Notes under the pieces: generated by a model
Database searches by the model: none
What the model was told of the DNA's origin: nothing
The model's input: the letters and a program-made list of their open reading frames with translations, nothing else
NCBI RefSeq assembly: GCF_000150275.1
Contig: NW_002060948.1
Location: 3,299,183-3,363,182, forward strand
Source of the DNA: Trichoplax adhaerens
Taxonomy: Eukaryota; Animalia; Placozoa
DNA: 64,000 nt
Reading direction: 5' to 3'
Program-made: the position numbers and the translations under genes
In this document: piece by piece, positions 62,985 to 64,000 of the stretch
Layout of the letters: each line of letters begins with the position of its first letter
Position numbering within the stretch: position 1 is the stretch's first letter

Positions 62985-64000
62985 ATGGCAATTTCCTCCC
63001 GAAAATTCAAAAATACACTCCAATTCGGGTTCATCCTGGTCGTTTTCATCTGTTTATTTTATGGCATGTTTACTTTTCGCAAGCTAAATCAACGCATGGA
63101 AGATGCAAATGAACAAAATAAGAAGCACAAAGCCGAGAATGAGCACTTATCTTCACAGTTGAAAGGTTGCTTTTTGAAACAGTACTAATGCAGAAGAAAT
63201 TTAAGTGTCATTATTTATCCGTCAAAAATCGGCTACTTTTAATTACCGCAATACGGCAAAGATTTTCCAATATACGTAGTATTTACTGTTTACTTTTAGG
63301 TGCAATGTAACCGAAAATATTTGGATAGTTAACCGATACATACTGTATATAAATATAGATTGACTTACTGAATATCAGTATACTGTACGTAATTTACTAC
63401 CTTAGGCATACCCGTAATTCATTACTATAGTCATACACTGAATCTCTGGGTTTTGAAAATATCTAAACTTGTACTCACAAGCATAGTTAGGTTTAGGAGA
63501 TTACTAGTACAGAGCTTGTGTTTTCTGTACAATATGATACGCTTTCGTTTTAGACTCCAAAAATTATCCAATATCATGATTACTTGTAATTATCTTAATT
63601 CATACAGTAGTATGCGTATATTCGTATCTTATCATCCTACTCGTATGCAACTACGTTTTTGTGAGCATAATCCGGAATAGTACTCAAAACTTAAAATTTT
63701 GTTGCATAACACTGTCTTTTACAGTACCTTGGTAACCTGTATGTGAATATTGAACTAAAATACTGATGCCACAATTACTTTATACTGCACCATAATCAAT
63801 ATCGAAATTCTTTTGTTAGCTCATCTCCATCAATTTGCTGCATAGTACGCACCATTGCGATTCTTACTTTAGGAAAATCTTGCACATGATGTAGAATTAT
63901 CACCCAGTTCTTATTGCAGCAAGTCGTCTTAACCGCTGTCGTTACTTTTATAAATCGCAGATGCACATAATAAGAGAGTTTCACTAGAAGGATCTCTAGT
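62985..64000 (+). CDS. GOLIM4: Golgi integral membrane protein 4-like type II membrane protein, 5' part only (exon 62985-63165; next exon from 63961 runs off the window)
   Basis: Short basic tail SRKFK, TM FGFILVVFICLFYGMF, then coiled coil. Splicing 63165 to 63961 gives HLSSQLKDAHNKRVSLEGSL, collinear with the GOLIM4 segment I recall as LSAQLQVVYEHRSRLEKSL. Confidence 0.72.

Overview
Eukaryotic, AT-rich, gene-dense animal DNA with many short GT-AG introns; the style fits a compact non-bilaterian genome such as a placozoan (inference, not tested). I traced nine protein-coding genes by splicing exons by eye: an SDR16C retinol/retinal dehydrogenase (DHRS3/RDH10-like, +), VPS13D (-, about 53 exons), a class IA PI3K p110 catalytic subunit (+), SRPRB (-), SCO1 (+), PUS3 (-), a single-exon 293-aa orphan (-), a claudin/PMP22-family tetraspan (-) and the 5' end of a GOLIM4-like gene (+). 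No rRNA, tRNA, CRISPR or transposase was recognised. The main observations are: (1) palindromes and hairpins built from CAGTA/TACTG cluster just upstream of most genes, like a promoter code; (2) a layered 2-kb satellite (80, 55, about 78 and 183-bp units) lies inside the VPS13D/PI3K divergent promoter; (3) the DHRS3-like gene and VPS13D are tail-to-tail, as in human 1p36; (4) the orphan protein has five RxRxxS/T Akt-type sites; (5) an upstream PUS3 exon may add a mitochondrial presequence.
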